A stretch of 64,000 nucleotides of DNA from Macrostomum lignano. Its lineage: Eukaryota. Every line of letters begins with the position of its first letter. The stretch's first letter is position 1. The notes under the pieces were generated by a model that worked only from the letters and a program-made list of their open reading frames with translations, had not been told where the DNA came from and did not search any database. The DNA is taken from assembly GCA_002269645.1 (NCBI GenBank), contig NIVC01003506.1, positions 30,462-94,461 of the forward strand, read 5' to 3'. A program made the position numbers and the translations under genes. This document shows positions 26,601 through 39,700 of the stretch, piece after piece.

Positions 26601-29600
26601 ATCATTTCCACTCTCATCTGTCATCTTCAATCCCCTATCATTTCCACTCTCATCTGTCATCTTCAATCCCCTATCATTTCCACTCTCATCTGTCATCTTC
26701 AATCCCCTATCATTTCCACTCTCATCTGTCATCTTCAATCCCCTATCATTTCCACTCTCATCTGTCATCTTCAATCCCCTATCATTTCCACTCTCATCTG
26801 TCATCTTCAATCCCCTATCATTTCCACTCTCATCTGTCATCTTCAATCCCCTATCATTTCCACTCTCATCTGTCATCTTCAATCCCCTATCATTTCCACT
26901 CTCATCTGTCATCTTCAATCCCCTATCATTTCCACTCTCATCTGTCATCTTCAATCCCCTATCATTTCCACTCTCATCTGTCATCTTCAATCCCCTATCA
27001 TTTCCACTCTCATCTGTCATCTTCAATCCCCTATCATTTCCACTCTCATCTGTCATCTTCAATCCCCTATCATTTCCACTCTCATCTGTCATCTTCAATC
27101 CCCTATCATTTCCACTCTCATCTGTCATCTTCAATCCCCTATCATTTCCACTCTCATCTGTCATCTTCAATCCCCTATCATTTCCACTCTCATCTGTCAT
27201 CTTCAATCCCCTATCATTTCCACTCTCATCTGTCATCTTCAATCCCCTATCATTTCCACTCTCATCTGTCATCTTCAATCCCCTATCATTTCCACTCTCA
27301 TCTGTCATCTTCAATCCCCTATCATTTCCACTCTCATCTGTCATCTTCAATCCCCTATCATTTCCACTCTCATCTGTCATCTTCAATCCCCTATCATTTC
27401 CACTCTCATCTGTCATCTTCAATCCCCTATCATTTCCACTCTCATCTGTCATCTTCAATCCCCTATCATTTCCACTCTCATCTGTCATCTTCAATCCCCT
27501 ATCATTTCCACTCTCATCTGTCATCTTCAATCCCCTATCATTTCCACTCTCATCTGTCATCTTCAATCCCCTATCATTTCCACTCTCATCTGTCATCTTC
27601 AATCCCCTATCATTTCCACTCTCATCTGTCATCTTCAATCCCCTATCATTTCCACTCTCATCTGTCATCTTCAATCCCCTATCATTTCCACTCTCATCTG
27701 TCATCTTCAATCCCCTATCATTTCCACTCTCATCTGTCATCTTCAATCCCCTATCATTTCCACTCTCATCTGTCATCTTCAATCCCCTATCATTTCCACT
27801 CTCATCTGTCATCTTCAATCCCCTATCATTTCCACTCTCATCTGTCATCTTCAATCCCCTATCATTTCCACTCTCATCTGTCATCTTCAATCCCCTATCA
27901 TTTCCACTCTCATCTGTCATCTTCAATCCCCTATCATTTCCACTCTCATCTGTCATCTTCAATCCCCTATCATTTCCACTCTCATCTGTCATCTTCAATC
28001 CCCTATCATTTCCACTCTCATCTGTCATCTTCAATCCCCTATCATTTCCACTCTCATCTGTCATCTTCAATCCCCTATCATTTCCACTCTCATCTGTCAT
28101 CTTCAATCCCCTATCATTTCCACTCTCATCTGTCATCTTCAATCCCCTATCATTTCCACTCTCATCTGTCATCTTCAATCCCCTATCATTTCCACTCTCA
28201 TCTGTCATCTTCAATCCCCTATCATTTCCACTCTCATCTGTCATCTTCAATCCCCTATCATTTCCACTCTCATCTGTCATCTTCAATCCCCTATCATTTC
28301 CACTCTCATCTGTCATCTTCAATCCCCTATCATTTCCACTCTCATCTGTCATCTTCAATCCCCTATCATTTCCACTCTCATCTGTCATCTTCAATCCCCT
28401 ATCATTTCCACTCTCATCTGTCATCTTCAATCCCCTATCATTTCCACTCTCATCTGTCATCTTCAATCCCCTATCATTTCCACTCTCATCTGTCATCTTC
28501 AATCCCCTATCATTTCCACTCTCATCTGTCATCTTCAATCCCCTATCATTTCCACTCTCATCTGTCATCTTCAATCCCCTATCATTTCCACTCTCATCTG
28601 TCATCTTCAATCCCCTATCATTTCCACTCTCATCTGTCATCTTCAATCCCCTATCATTTCCACTCTCATCTGTCATCTTCAATCCCCTATCATTTCCACT
28701 CTCATCTGTCATCTTCAATCCCCTATCATTTCCACTCTCATCTGTCATCTTCAATCCCCTATCATTTCCACTCTCATCTGTCATCTTCAATCCCCTATCA
28801 TTTCCACTCTCATCTGTCATCTTCAATCCCCTATCATTTCCACTCTCATCTGTCATCTTCAATCCCCTATCATTTCCACTCTCATCTGTCATCTTCAATC
28901 CCCTATCATTTCCACTCTCATCTGTCATCTTCAATCCCCTATCATTTCCACTCTCATCTGTCATCTTCAATCCCCTATCATTTCCACTCTCATCTGTCAT
29001 CTTCAATCCCCTATCATTTCCACTCTCATCTGTCATCTTCAATCCCCTATCATTTCCACTCTCATCTGTCATCTTCAATCCCCTATCATTTCCACTCTCA
29101 TCTGTCATCTTCAATCCCCTATCATTTCCACTCTCATCTGTCATCTTCAATCCCCTATCATTTCCACTCTCATCTGTCATCTTCAATCCCCTATCATTTC
29201 CACTCTCATCTGTCATCTTCAATCCCCTATCATTTCCACTCTCATCTGTCATCTTCAATCCCCTATCATTTCCACTCTCATCTGTCATCTTCAATCCCCT
29301 ATCATTTCCACTCTCATCTGTCATCTTCAATCCCCTATCATTTCCACTCTCATCTGTCATCTTCAATCCCCTATCATTTCCACTCTCATCTGTCATCTTC
29401 AATCCCCTATCATTTCCACTCTCATCTGTCATCTTCAATCCCCTATCATTTCCACTCTCATCTGTCATCTTCAATCCCCTATCATTTCCACTCTCATCTG
29501 TCATCTTCAATCCCCTATCATTTCCACTCTCATCTGTCATCTTCAATCCCCTATCATTTCCACTCTCATCTGTCATCTTCAATCCCCTATCATTTCCACT

Positions 29601-31336
29601 CTCATCTGTCATCTTCAATCCCCTATCATTTCCACTCTCATCTGTCATCTTCAATCCCCTATCATTTCCACTCTCATCTGTCATCTTCAATCCCCTATCA
29701 TTTCCACTCTCATCTGTCATCTTCAATCCCCTATCATTTCCACTCTCATCTGTCATCTTCAATCCCCTATCATTTCCACTCTCATCTGTCATCTTCAATC
29801 CCCTATCATTTCCACTCTCATCTGTCATCTTCAATCCCCTATCATTTCCACTCTCATCTGTCATCTTCAATCCCCTATCATTTCCACTCTCATCTGTCAT
29901 CTTCAATCCCCTATCATTTCCACTCTCATCTGTCATCTTCAATCCCCTATCATTTCCACTCTCATCTGTCATCTTCAATCCCCTATCATTTCCACTCTCA
30001 TCTGTCATCTTCAATCCCCTATCATTTCCACTCTCATCTGTCATCTTCAATCCCCTATCATTTCCACTCTCATCTGTCATCTTCAATCCCCTATCATTTC
30101 CACTCTCATCTGTCATCTTCAATCCCCTATCATTTCCACTCTCATCTGTCATCTTCAATCCCCTATCATTTCCACTCTCATCTGTCATCTTCAATCCCCT
30201 ATCATTTCCACTCTCATCTGTCATCTTCAATCCCCTATCATTTCCACTCTCATCTGTCATCTTCAATCCCCTATCATTTCCACTCTCATCTGTCATCTTC
30301 AATCCCCTATCATTTCCACTCTCATCTGTCATCTTCAATCCCCTATCATTTCCACTCTCATCTGTCATCTTCAATCCCCTATCATTTCCACTCTCATCTG
30401 TCATCTTCAATCCCCTATCATTTCCACTCTCATCTGTCATCTTCAATCCCCTATCATTTCCACTCTCATCTGTCATCTTCAATCCCCTATCATTTCCACT
30501 CTCATCTGTCATCTTCAATCCCCTATCATTTCCACTCTCATCTGTCATCTTCAATCCCCTATCATTTCCACTCTCATCTGTCATCTTCAATCCCCTATCA
30601 TTTCCACTCTCATCTGTCATCTTCAATCCCCTATCATTTCCACTCTCATCTGTCATCTTCAATCCCCTATCATTTCCACTCTCATCTGTCATCTTCAATC
30701 CCCTATCATTTCCACTCTCATCTGTCATCTTCAATCCCCTATCATTTCCACTCTCATCTGTCATCTTCAATCCCCTATCATTTCCACTCTCATCTGTCAT
30801 CTTCAATCCCCTATCATTTCCACTCTCATCTGTCATCTTCAATCCCCTATCATTTCCACTCTCATCTGTCATCTTCAATCCCCTATCATTTCCACTCTCA
30901 TCTGTCATCTTCAATCCCCTATCATTTCCACTCTCATCTGTCATCTTCAATCCCCTATCATTTCCACTCTCATCTGTCATCTTCAATCCCCTATCATTTC
31001 CACTCTCATCTGTCATCTTCAATCCCCTATCATTTCCACTCTCATCTGTCATCTTCAATCCCCTATCATTTCCACTCTCATCTGTCATCTTCAATCCCCT
31101 ATCATTTCCACTCTCATCTGTCATCTTCAATCCCCTATCATTTCCACTCTCATCTGTCATCTTCAATCCCCTATCATTTCCACTCTCATCTGTCATCTTC
31201 AATCCCCTATCATTTCCACTCTCATCTGTCATCTTCAATCCCCTATCATTTCCACTCTCATCTGTCATCTTCAATCCCCTATCATTTCCACTCTCATCTG
31301 TCATCTTCAATCCCCTATCATTTCCACTCTCATCTG
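23692..31336. repeat. 36-bp satellite, 212 full units plus a 13-bp partial (CCACTCTCATCTGTCATCTTCAATCCCCTATCATTT)
   Basis: (31324-23692)/36 = 212 exactly; only the first two units show a variant (AATCTCCT); no spacers. Confidence 0.98.
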
Positions 31337-32984
31337 GCCCCAGATGTGAAAGCTTGCCAACCCCTGAATTAAACAATAATTTTTGTAACTTTGTGTTTCT
31401 TTATGCTGATAGCCACAATGATTTTTATTTTATTTGTGACAACATTAGCTTTTTTATGTCTAATTATTAGTGCCCATTAACAGTGAAAATTTTCACATGT
31501 GTTTTATTTATTTATAAAACGACAACCCACAGCTCCATTCGTTTGTTCTGTACATCCGCAGCTGAACTGTTTTTACTAAGCAACTTTGTTTTTATTTTTT
31601 ATTAATTTTTGTTAGACTTTTTCAAATATAGAGTGAAAAACTTGGCGCTCGTGTTAGTTAGTAGCAGCGAATGCGTTTTGTCACTATTATTTGGGCTGAT
31701 TTAAGATTTTATAGCGTGCGCCCAGTTTTTTGCCCCCCCCCTCGGGCTTGTGTTCGTACACACTGAACCGCTAGCTCTGCTTTTGCTCAAGTCTAAGTGA
31801 TTTTTGTGTGTTTATCTAATTTCAGTTTTAAACTGGCCAGTGTGAAACTGCAAGCTATTCAGGTACATTGAGTCACTTCTTATCTTATCGGTTTTTGCTG
31901 GGCCAAAAATCGCATTCATCCTAGTCTAGAGTACATGCAGAATACTTATGAGTCTGCATCTATACCAGATTCATATGTACGGCCGTACTTGAGGAAGGAA
32001 GAAGAGAACAAAGAAAGAAGACGCAACGGTAGAAATTTGCAATGCCACAACACGAATACTAAAAGCAATTTTTTTAATCGATTTAACAAATTTTAACCAT
32101 AATCGCAAAGTTCGCTACGGCTCACCGCGATAAACAGGGATAAAATACATTGTGTGTAAATGACTAAATATATTAAAACAATAAATTCTAATGTCACAAC
32201 ATCTAAATATTGATTTTTCTATTATTATTAACGCGTTAATGAATAAAAATTCATTGGTACATTCCTCTCAGATAGCAGCCTTCAAAACCAGGTAGATCAA
32301 AATCAAAAACATTCCGTGACATTTAATTAATAATTTCAGGTGAATTGCAGCATTGCAGAATAATAAATCGTAAACAGAATAAATAAACTGTCAAAACAGT
32401 GACAAGTACAGCTCGTAAATATTTCAACTGACTGAAATTTCAACAGCTTGCGAAAACCAGCTGTATGAGGTTAAAGGATCATTGCGGATTAGGACCCAAT
32501 AGAATAAACGGCAGCTTTATATAAATAGAGATGTCTAAACACCTGTGACTGCGTGCTAATAATAATGCATGAATTAAAGCGATAAACTTGCTAGTGTGAC
32601 ACGGAAACGCCCTAGCAACAAAAAACAGCTGACTAAATTAAACAAGAAAGAATAACAAAAAAACTAACTAGACTACTGAATATGAGTAGCAATATAAAAA
32701 GGAATATCGCGACCGCTTGTGTTAAGCAGATAATTATGCATTTTTGTTATAGCAAGAATTCGCCTTGGGTAATGACCGCCGGATCAGCTGCTGACGTTCT
32801 GCTTCAAATGATTTCTTGACTGAGTTTGCTCAAATTGATGTGCAGCTGATGCCGAGGGTCTTGAGAAAACTTTCTCGATAAACATTACTTTCTCATCATC
32901 ATTTCGTGTATTGACCAATCATAAGTTATTCGTTAGCCGAGCTTTTTAAAATTGTTGAAAATCATCAAGTCACTGATTGATTAT

Positions 32985-33675
32985 CAATACCTCACTGATT
33001 GATCATCAATACCTCACTGATTAATCATCAATAAGTAACTGATTGATCATCAATACCTCACTGATTAATCATCAATAAGTAACTGGTTGATCATCAATAC
33101 CTCACTGATTAATCATCAATAAGTAACTGGTTGATCATCAATACCTCACTGATTGATCATCAATAAGTAACTGATTGATCATCAATAAATCACTGATTGA
33201 TTATCAATAACTCACTGATTGATCAGCAAAATATCACTGATTGATCATCAATAAACCACTGATTGATCATCAATAAACCACTGATTGATCATCAATAATT
33301 CACTGATTGATCAACAATAAATCACTGATTGATCATCAATAAACCACTGATTGATCATCAATAAACCACTGATTGATCATCAATAAATCACTGATTGATC
33401 ATCAATAAACCACTGATTGATCATCAATAAACCACTGATTGATCATCAATAATTCACTGATTGATCATCAATAAACCACTGATTGATCATCAATAATTCA
33501 CTGATTGATCATCAATAAACCACTGATTGATCATCAATAATTCACTGATTGATCATCAATAAACCACTGATTGATCATCAATAATTCACTGATTGATCAT
33601 CAATAATTCACTGATTGATCATCAATACCTCACTGATTGATCATCAATAAATCACTGATTGATCATCAATAAATT
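32985..33675. repeat. 22-bp minisatellite with near-palindromic core (CACTGATTGATCATCAATAAAC)
   Basis: Direct reading; ATTGAT-C-ATCAAT in each unit. Confidence 0.93.
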
Positions 33676-33771
33676 ACAAAATAACAACCAAACAAACCTC
33701 CAGTCTTGACTACTCAAAACCAGGCTCCCATCCTCATCAGTCCCTGTGAAACCCCAGTCCACCAACCAGAG

Positions 33772-36700
33772 TCACATCTCCAGCTCTGCCCTAGCAAATG
33801 AGAACGGCTCAAACTTGTAGCCCTCTCCTTTGTAGAACTTGTTCATGAACTCCACCCAGTGCAGCCGCAGGGCATGCAGAAATGCCGACAGGCCCTCCAT
33901 GAGCAGCAGCACAACCACGGTGAGCAGAGCCCAGAATGAGAAGGCCACGAACAGGGCCAAGCAGCCGCCGAATCCTTCACGCTTGAGTCCGATGGCCAGC
34001 ACCATGCCCCACAGCACCTCGGACAGCTGGGCGTGGGCCAGCGACAGGGCCCACAGCCGCAGGTAGCTGGCGGTGTTGGAGATGCAGCTCAGGCAGTACT
34101 CGATCGTGTGGATGGCCTGGTGCACGAACACCTCACCGATGTCCACCTGCGGGTGCCGTGACGGGTGGGGTGACTGTGACAGTCAGGCTGGTGACACTGT
34201 GTGACAGTCATGCTGGTGACACTGTGTGACAGTCAGGCTGGTGACACTGTGTGACAGTCAGGCTGGTGACACTGTGTGACAGTCATGCTGGTGACACTGT
34301 GTGACAGTCATGCTGGTGACACTGTGTGACAGTCATGCTGGTGACACTGTGTGACAGTCATGCTGGTGACACTGTGTGACAGTCAGGCTGGTGACACTGT
34401 GTGACAGTCAGGCTGGTGACACTGTGTGACAGTCAGGCTGGTGACACTGTGTGACAGTCAGGCTGGTGAAACTGTGTGACAGTCATGCTGGTGACACTGT
34501 GTGACAGTCAGGCTGGTGACACTGTGTGACAGTCAGGCTGGTGACACTGTGTGACAGTCAGGCTGGTGAAACTGTGTGACAGTCATGCTGGTGACACTGT
34601 GTGACAGTCAGGCTGGTGACACTGTGTGACAGTCAGGCTGGTGACACTGTGTGACAGTCAGGCTGGTGACACTGTGTGACAGTCAGGCTGGTGACACTGT
34701 GTGACAGTCAGGCTGGTGAAACTGTGTGACAGTCATGCTGGTGACACTGTGTGACAGTCAGGCTGGTGACACTGTGTGACAGTCAGGCTGGTGACACTGT
34801 GTGACAGTCAGGCTGGTGAAACTGTGTGACAGTCATGCTGGTGACACTGTGTGACAGTCATGCTGGTGACACTGTGTGACAGTCAGGCTGGTGACACTGT
34901 GTGACAGTCATGCTGGTGACACTGTGTGACAGTCACCGCTCACCTCCTCTCCGTGATCCCCATATCCGGCTCCCATATCGACAGCCTTATCGCCGTCATG
35001 GATATTGTTGCCGCCATCCTGCTGCTGCCCCATGCCCAGCTCAGTTTGATCTCCACCATCGACTCCAGCATCCGGCTGCATCTGCGGCTGCGGGTGCTGC
35101 TGCCCCATCATGGCGCCGCCCCTGGCCAGCATCTGCTGACGGCGGCGCAGAATCAGCGGCTTGACTAGCAGCATCCAGGGAGCGCAGGGGATGATGAGCA
35201 GCACCAGGAAGGTCTGCAGGCCCTGATAGCCCGTGTAGATTGGCGGGCAGCCGTTCGTGGCTTTGTCGTAGCGGAACAGGAACATGTTGATGAGGCCTAC
35301 GGGCGGGCGATGGTGAGCGCTCAGCATCCCGTCTGGCACCTTCCAATCTGACTGATCTATAACCCTAGCTAAAATATCTAACACACTCTTATACGGGTTG
35401 CAGAGATCTCTAACACCCTCGTGTCGATATCTAACATCCTCGCATAAGCGTCCAACACCTTCGCGCAGATGCATCTTAACCTCGCTTAGATCTCTAACAG
35501 CCTTGCTTAGATCTCTAACAGCCTTGCTTAGATCTCTAACAGCCTTGCTTAGATCTCTAACAGCCTTGCTTAGATCTCTAACAGCCTTGCTTAGATCTCT
35601 AACAGCCTTGCTTAGATCTCTAACAACCTCGGCGTAGATCTCTGACAACTTCGGCTTACATCTTTAACAACCTCGTGTCGATATTTACTATATATACCCT
35701 CGCTTAGATATCTAACACCCTCGCTCAAATCTCTAACACCCCTCGATTAGACCTTTAAAATTGTCGCTTAGATCTCTAACACCCTCGCTTAGACCTCTAA
35801 AATCCTCGCTTAGATCTCTAACACCCTCGCTTAGATCTCTAACAACCTCGTGTCGATATCTAACACCCTCGCTTAGATATCTAACACCCTCGCGCAAACT
35901 TTTAACACCTCGTTTGAATCTCTAACACCCTCGCGTAGACTTCTAACACCCTCGCGTAGACTTCTAACACCCTCGCTTAAATCTCTAACACCCTTTAATC
36001 GCAGATGTCTAACACCCTTTAACCGCAGATGTCTAACACCCTTTAACCGCAGATGTCTAACACCCTTTAACCGCAGATGTCTAACACCCTTTAACCGCAG
36101 ATGTCTAACACCCTTTAACCGCAGATGTCTAACACCCTTGAACCGCAGATGTCTAACACCCTTGAACCGCAGATGTCTAACACCCTTGAACCGCAGATGT
36201 CTAACACCCTTTAACCGCAGATGTCTAACAGCCTCACCAATGAGCAGGTTCGGGGCGCAGTTGCTGTTCCGGCCAGAGTAGACGGCCCACTTGTACAGGA
36301 TGAGGATCACCAGGTAGCCGAACATGCCCAGCAGGAACAGGACCTGCGGCACGAACTCGCCCACAACTGACAGCATGTCCCGGCGGTGCAGGTGGTTGGT
36401 GAGGCTGACAAACACGCCAAACAGCATGTGGATGACGCCCAGCACCACGGAGGTCTTCATCTTGATGCTGTTCGTGAAGGTGATCTTGTTGCCGGACACC
36501 TGCCACACCGGGTCCAGGCCGAACGGGTAGGGGTTGGCCCGCCAGGCCTTTGCCTGGGCGTCGTTGGGGTTCAGCTGGAGCGACTCGATGCCGCGGACCT
36601 GAGTTCGAATCTGGTCGGGCGTCAGGGACTGGTTGAACTGGCCGCGTACGCTCCAGCCGGAGCCGAAGATGTTCACCGACCTGCATGGCCGATGGGGATA

Positions 36701-39700
36701 AATGAGAGAATTTGTCCCTGCACGATCTCCATCTCAGAAATCCGAAGATCATAAACAGCATTGATGCGAGTTTGCTTAGACAAGCTTTTTAAATTACTAA
36801 ACTCGACCCAATTTCCCCTCTTGAATCCCAAATCCCAAATATTTGATATAGTATGACAAATCTCAAATCCTAGAGTCAAACGCTGTTATCGGAGATCTCG
36901 AATCCCAAATCCGACATCCCAAATCCCAAATCTGACATCCCAGATCCCAAATCCGACATCCCAGATCCCAAATCCGACATCCCAGATCCCAAATTCAAAA
37001 TCCCAGTGCAGATCCGAAATCCAAAATCCCAGTGCAGATCCCAAATCCGAAATCCCAGATCCCAAATCCGAAATCCCAGACTCCAAATCTGAAATCCCAG
37101 ATTCCAGATCCCAGATCCCGAACACAAAAACGGACACAGTTCAGGTGCGCAGAATACTACTAGAACCCGGTGGGTGGCCTCACCTGGAGAAGCAGTCATT
37201 ATAAATAAGCCCGGTGTAGATGGAGAAGGCCCCCATCATGAGTATGATGTAGCGGCCATTAAAAAACGTGGCCCAGATCTCTGACAGCTTGGCAGTAGGC
37301 GCCAGCTGCTTCTCCCGCAGCACCATCCACAGCGCAGCCAGGAACATCAGCGTGCCGTGCCCGAAGTCGCCGTACATCACGGCGAACAGGAACGGGAAGG
37401 TCACGATGGCGAAGGGCGAGGGGTTCGCCTCGCGGTAGGACGCCACGCCGTACGCGTCGATGATGCTCTGGAAGCCGGAGGTCAGCTTGTTGACCCGGAA
37501 GTAGGTTGGGGGCATCTCCCTGCGGGGGGGGGTTCAAGAGCTGTAAGTTTGGCGAGCTCAGGATGCGGTTCAAAATCTGTGAATGATGGAGTTTAGGATG
37601 CAGTTCACAATTTGTGAATGATGCAGTTCACAATCTGTGAATGATGGAGTTCACAATCTGTGAATGATGGAGTTCACAATCTGTGAGTTATGGAGTTCAC
37701 AATCTGTGAATGATGGAGTTCAGGATGCAGTTTACATTCAGTGAACGATTAGTAGGTGTTGGACAAGTCAATGAAGCAGCGCCTAACCTGGTGGACATCC
37801 GGTTGAGAATAGGAGGAATCGAACTCCCGGCCCTCTCGGTGCCACGCCTCAGCGCCAAGTGAATCTTGTCCAGATCGTCAACAGCGCACCAGGCCTCGGC
37901 GATGAGGCACTTGTTGGTGGCCTCAACGTTGAACATGTTCAGCGTGTGGTAGATGGCTTTGATCTTGCCGACCTTGATGAACCACAGGCGGAGGTTCTTG
38001 GCCGCGGCCATGAGCACTCGCATCCGATGGTCCACCGTGGTGTTGAGCACGGTGTTGAGGTCCTCGATCCGCGTCATCACGCTGATGGCCATCTCGCGCC
38101 GTTCCGCCTGGCTGTCCGGGCACGGGTACAGCGTGGCCCGGAATCCTTCGCAGATCTTCTTCACCCGAGTCTTCAGTTGCTCGCCCTGGAAGAAGATGAT
38201 AAACACCGACTTGAGCACCTTGTCGCCGGTGGCCGGGTCCTCCAGGGCCGTGTCGATCTCCGCCTGCTTGAGGAAGACGTTGCCCCGGCAAACTCGCCAC
38301 AGCATCCGCTCGAATGCCGGCAGGCGCTCACGAAGAATGACGCCGGCCACCGATCTGGGTGGGGGAGGGGGCGGCGGGGCTCAAACTTCGAGCTGGTTGC
38401 TATGGCAGCGTTGTTAAGGTGTTTAGGCAAATTTTAGAGTTCGTTGTGAATTTACTACAGGATTTTCATCTAATGGTAGTAATTGGTTGCTAAGGGAAAT
38501 CTAAATGCTAGATAATCGTTGCTAAGGGAAATCCCAATGCTAGACATTAGTTGCTAAGGGAAATCCAAATGCTAGATAATGGTTGCTAACGGAAATCCCA
38601 ATGTCAAATGATGGTTGCTAAGGGAAATTCAATATGGTTGCTAAGGGCAGTTTCTTATGGTTGCTAAGGGGAATCCCAATGTCACAATGTCCCAATCCCA
38701 AGGAGGAAGGAGAACTCTACCAATTTTATTGAGCAGCTAGCTGATTTTTGCCAAGGAAATTCTTCTAAACTGTTTTGATCCCTCCGTCTGTACAAAAAGC
38801 TTTACGATGTGGGTATAAAAGGAATATTTAGATTGCTAAATTTCTGCACAAAAGTAAAAACAGTCTCAATAGAGCTTTGCCCAGCAAAGTGAAATAAAGA
38901 TGTGCACACCGAGCACTGCAGAGGTTAAAATGAGTAATGAAGGTGCGAGCCCAACGCAAACGAATAAAATATTCCTGCTGTAAAATCGTGTAAAAATGCA
39001 CACACACGGGCACTGACACTGCACACACACGGGCACTGACACTGCACACAGGCACTGACACAGCACACAGGCACCGACACTGCACACAGGCACCGACACT
39101 GCACACACAGGCACTGACACTGCACGCACAGGCACTGACACAGCACACAGGCACCGACACTGCACACAGGCACCGACACTGCACACACAGGCACCGACAC
39201 TGCACACACACGGGCACTGACACTGCACACAGGCACTGACACAGCACACAGGCACCGACACTGCACACACAGGCACCGACACTGCACACACACGGGCACT
39301 GACACTGCACACAGGCACTGACACAGCACACAGGCACCGACACTGCACACACAGGCATCGACACTGCACACAGGCATCGACACTGCACACAGGCATCGAC
39401 ACTGCACACAGGCATCGACACTGCACACGCAGGCATCGACACTGCACACACAGGCACCGACACTGCACACAGGCACCGACACTGCACACAGGCACCGACA
39501 CTGCACACACAGGCACTGGTACCAGGGATAAAAGTCAGCACAGCTGAGGATCACAAATCAAAGTCATTATGTATCAGCAAAAGCCACATCAAAGATTCCC
39601 CAAGCAGTCAGTTGCAGGTCTCACTCAAACTGCAAATGCTTTAATCCGCCGATGTCGCTGCCACCATTATTACTACTATCGCCGCCATCCACAGCAGTAG

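Larger units (their letters stand above)
23198..31366. mobile_element. hAT/Charlie-like non-autonomous element (8169 bp) filled with a polypyrimidine tract and a 36-bp satellite
   Basis: Left end CAGGGGTCGGCTAAC; right end reverse-complements to CAGGGGTTGGCAAGC; 8-bp flanks TATTAAAC / AATTAAAC (7 of 8 match); no transposase. Confidence 0.75.

Noticed and set aside
23692-31336. CRISPR array (36-bp repeat length)
   Set aside because: Units are head-to-tail with no spacers, there are no cas genes, and the context is eukaryotic
23111-31470. Four giant ORFs of 2569-2753 aa
   Set aside because: They are translations of a stop-free 36-bp (multiple of 3) satellite, open in three plus frames and one minus frame; there is no codon-level evidence of a gene
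37859-38437. Long antisense ORFs opposite GC-rich exons (also 6769-7458, 41250-41783, 44047-44523, 60301-60898)
   Set aside because: Expected shadow ORFs of GC3-rich coding sequence; no independent splice or domain support
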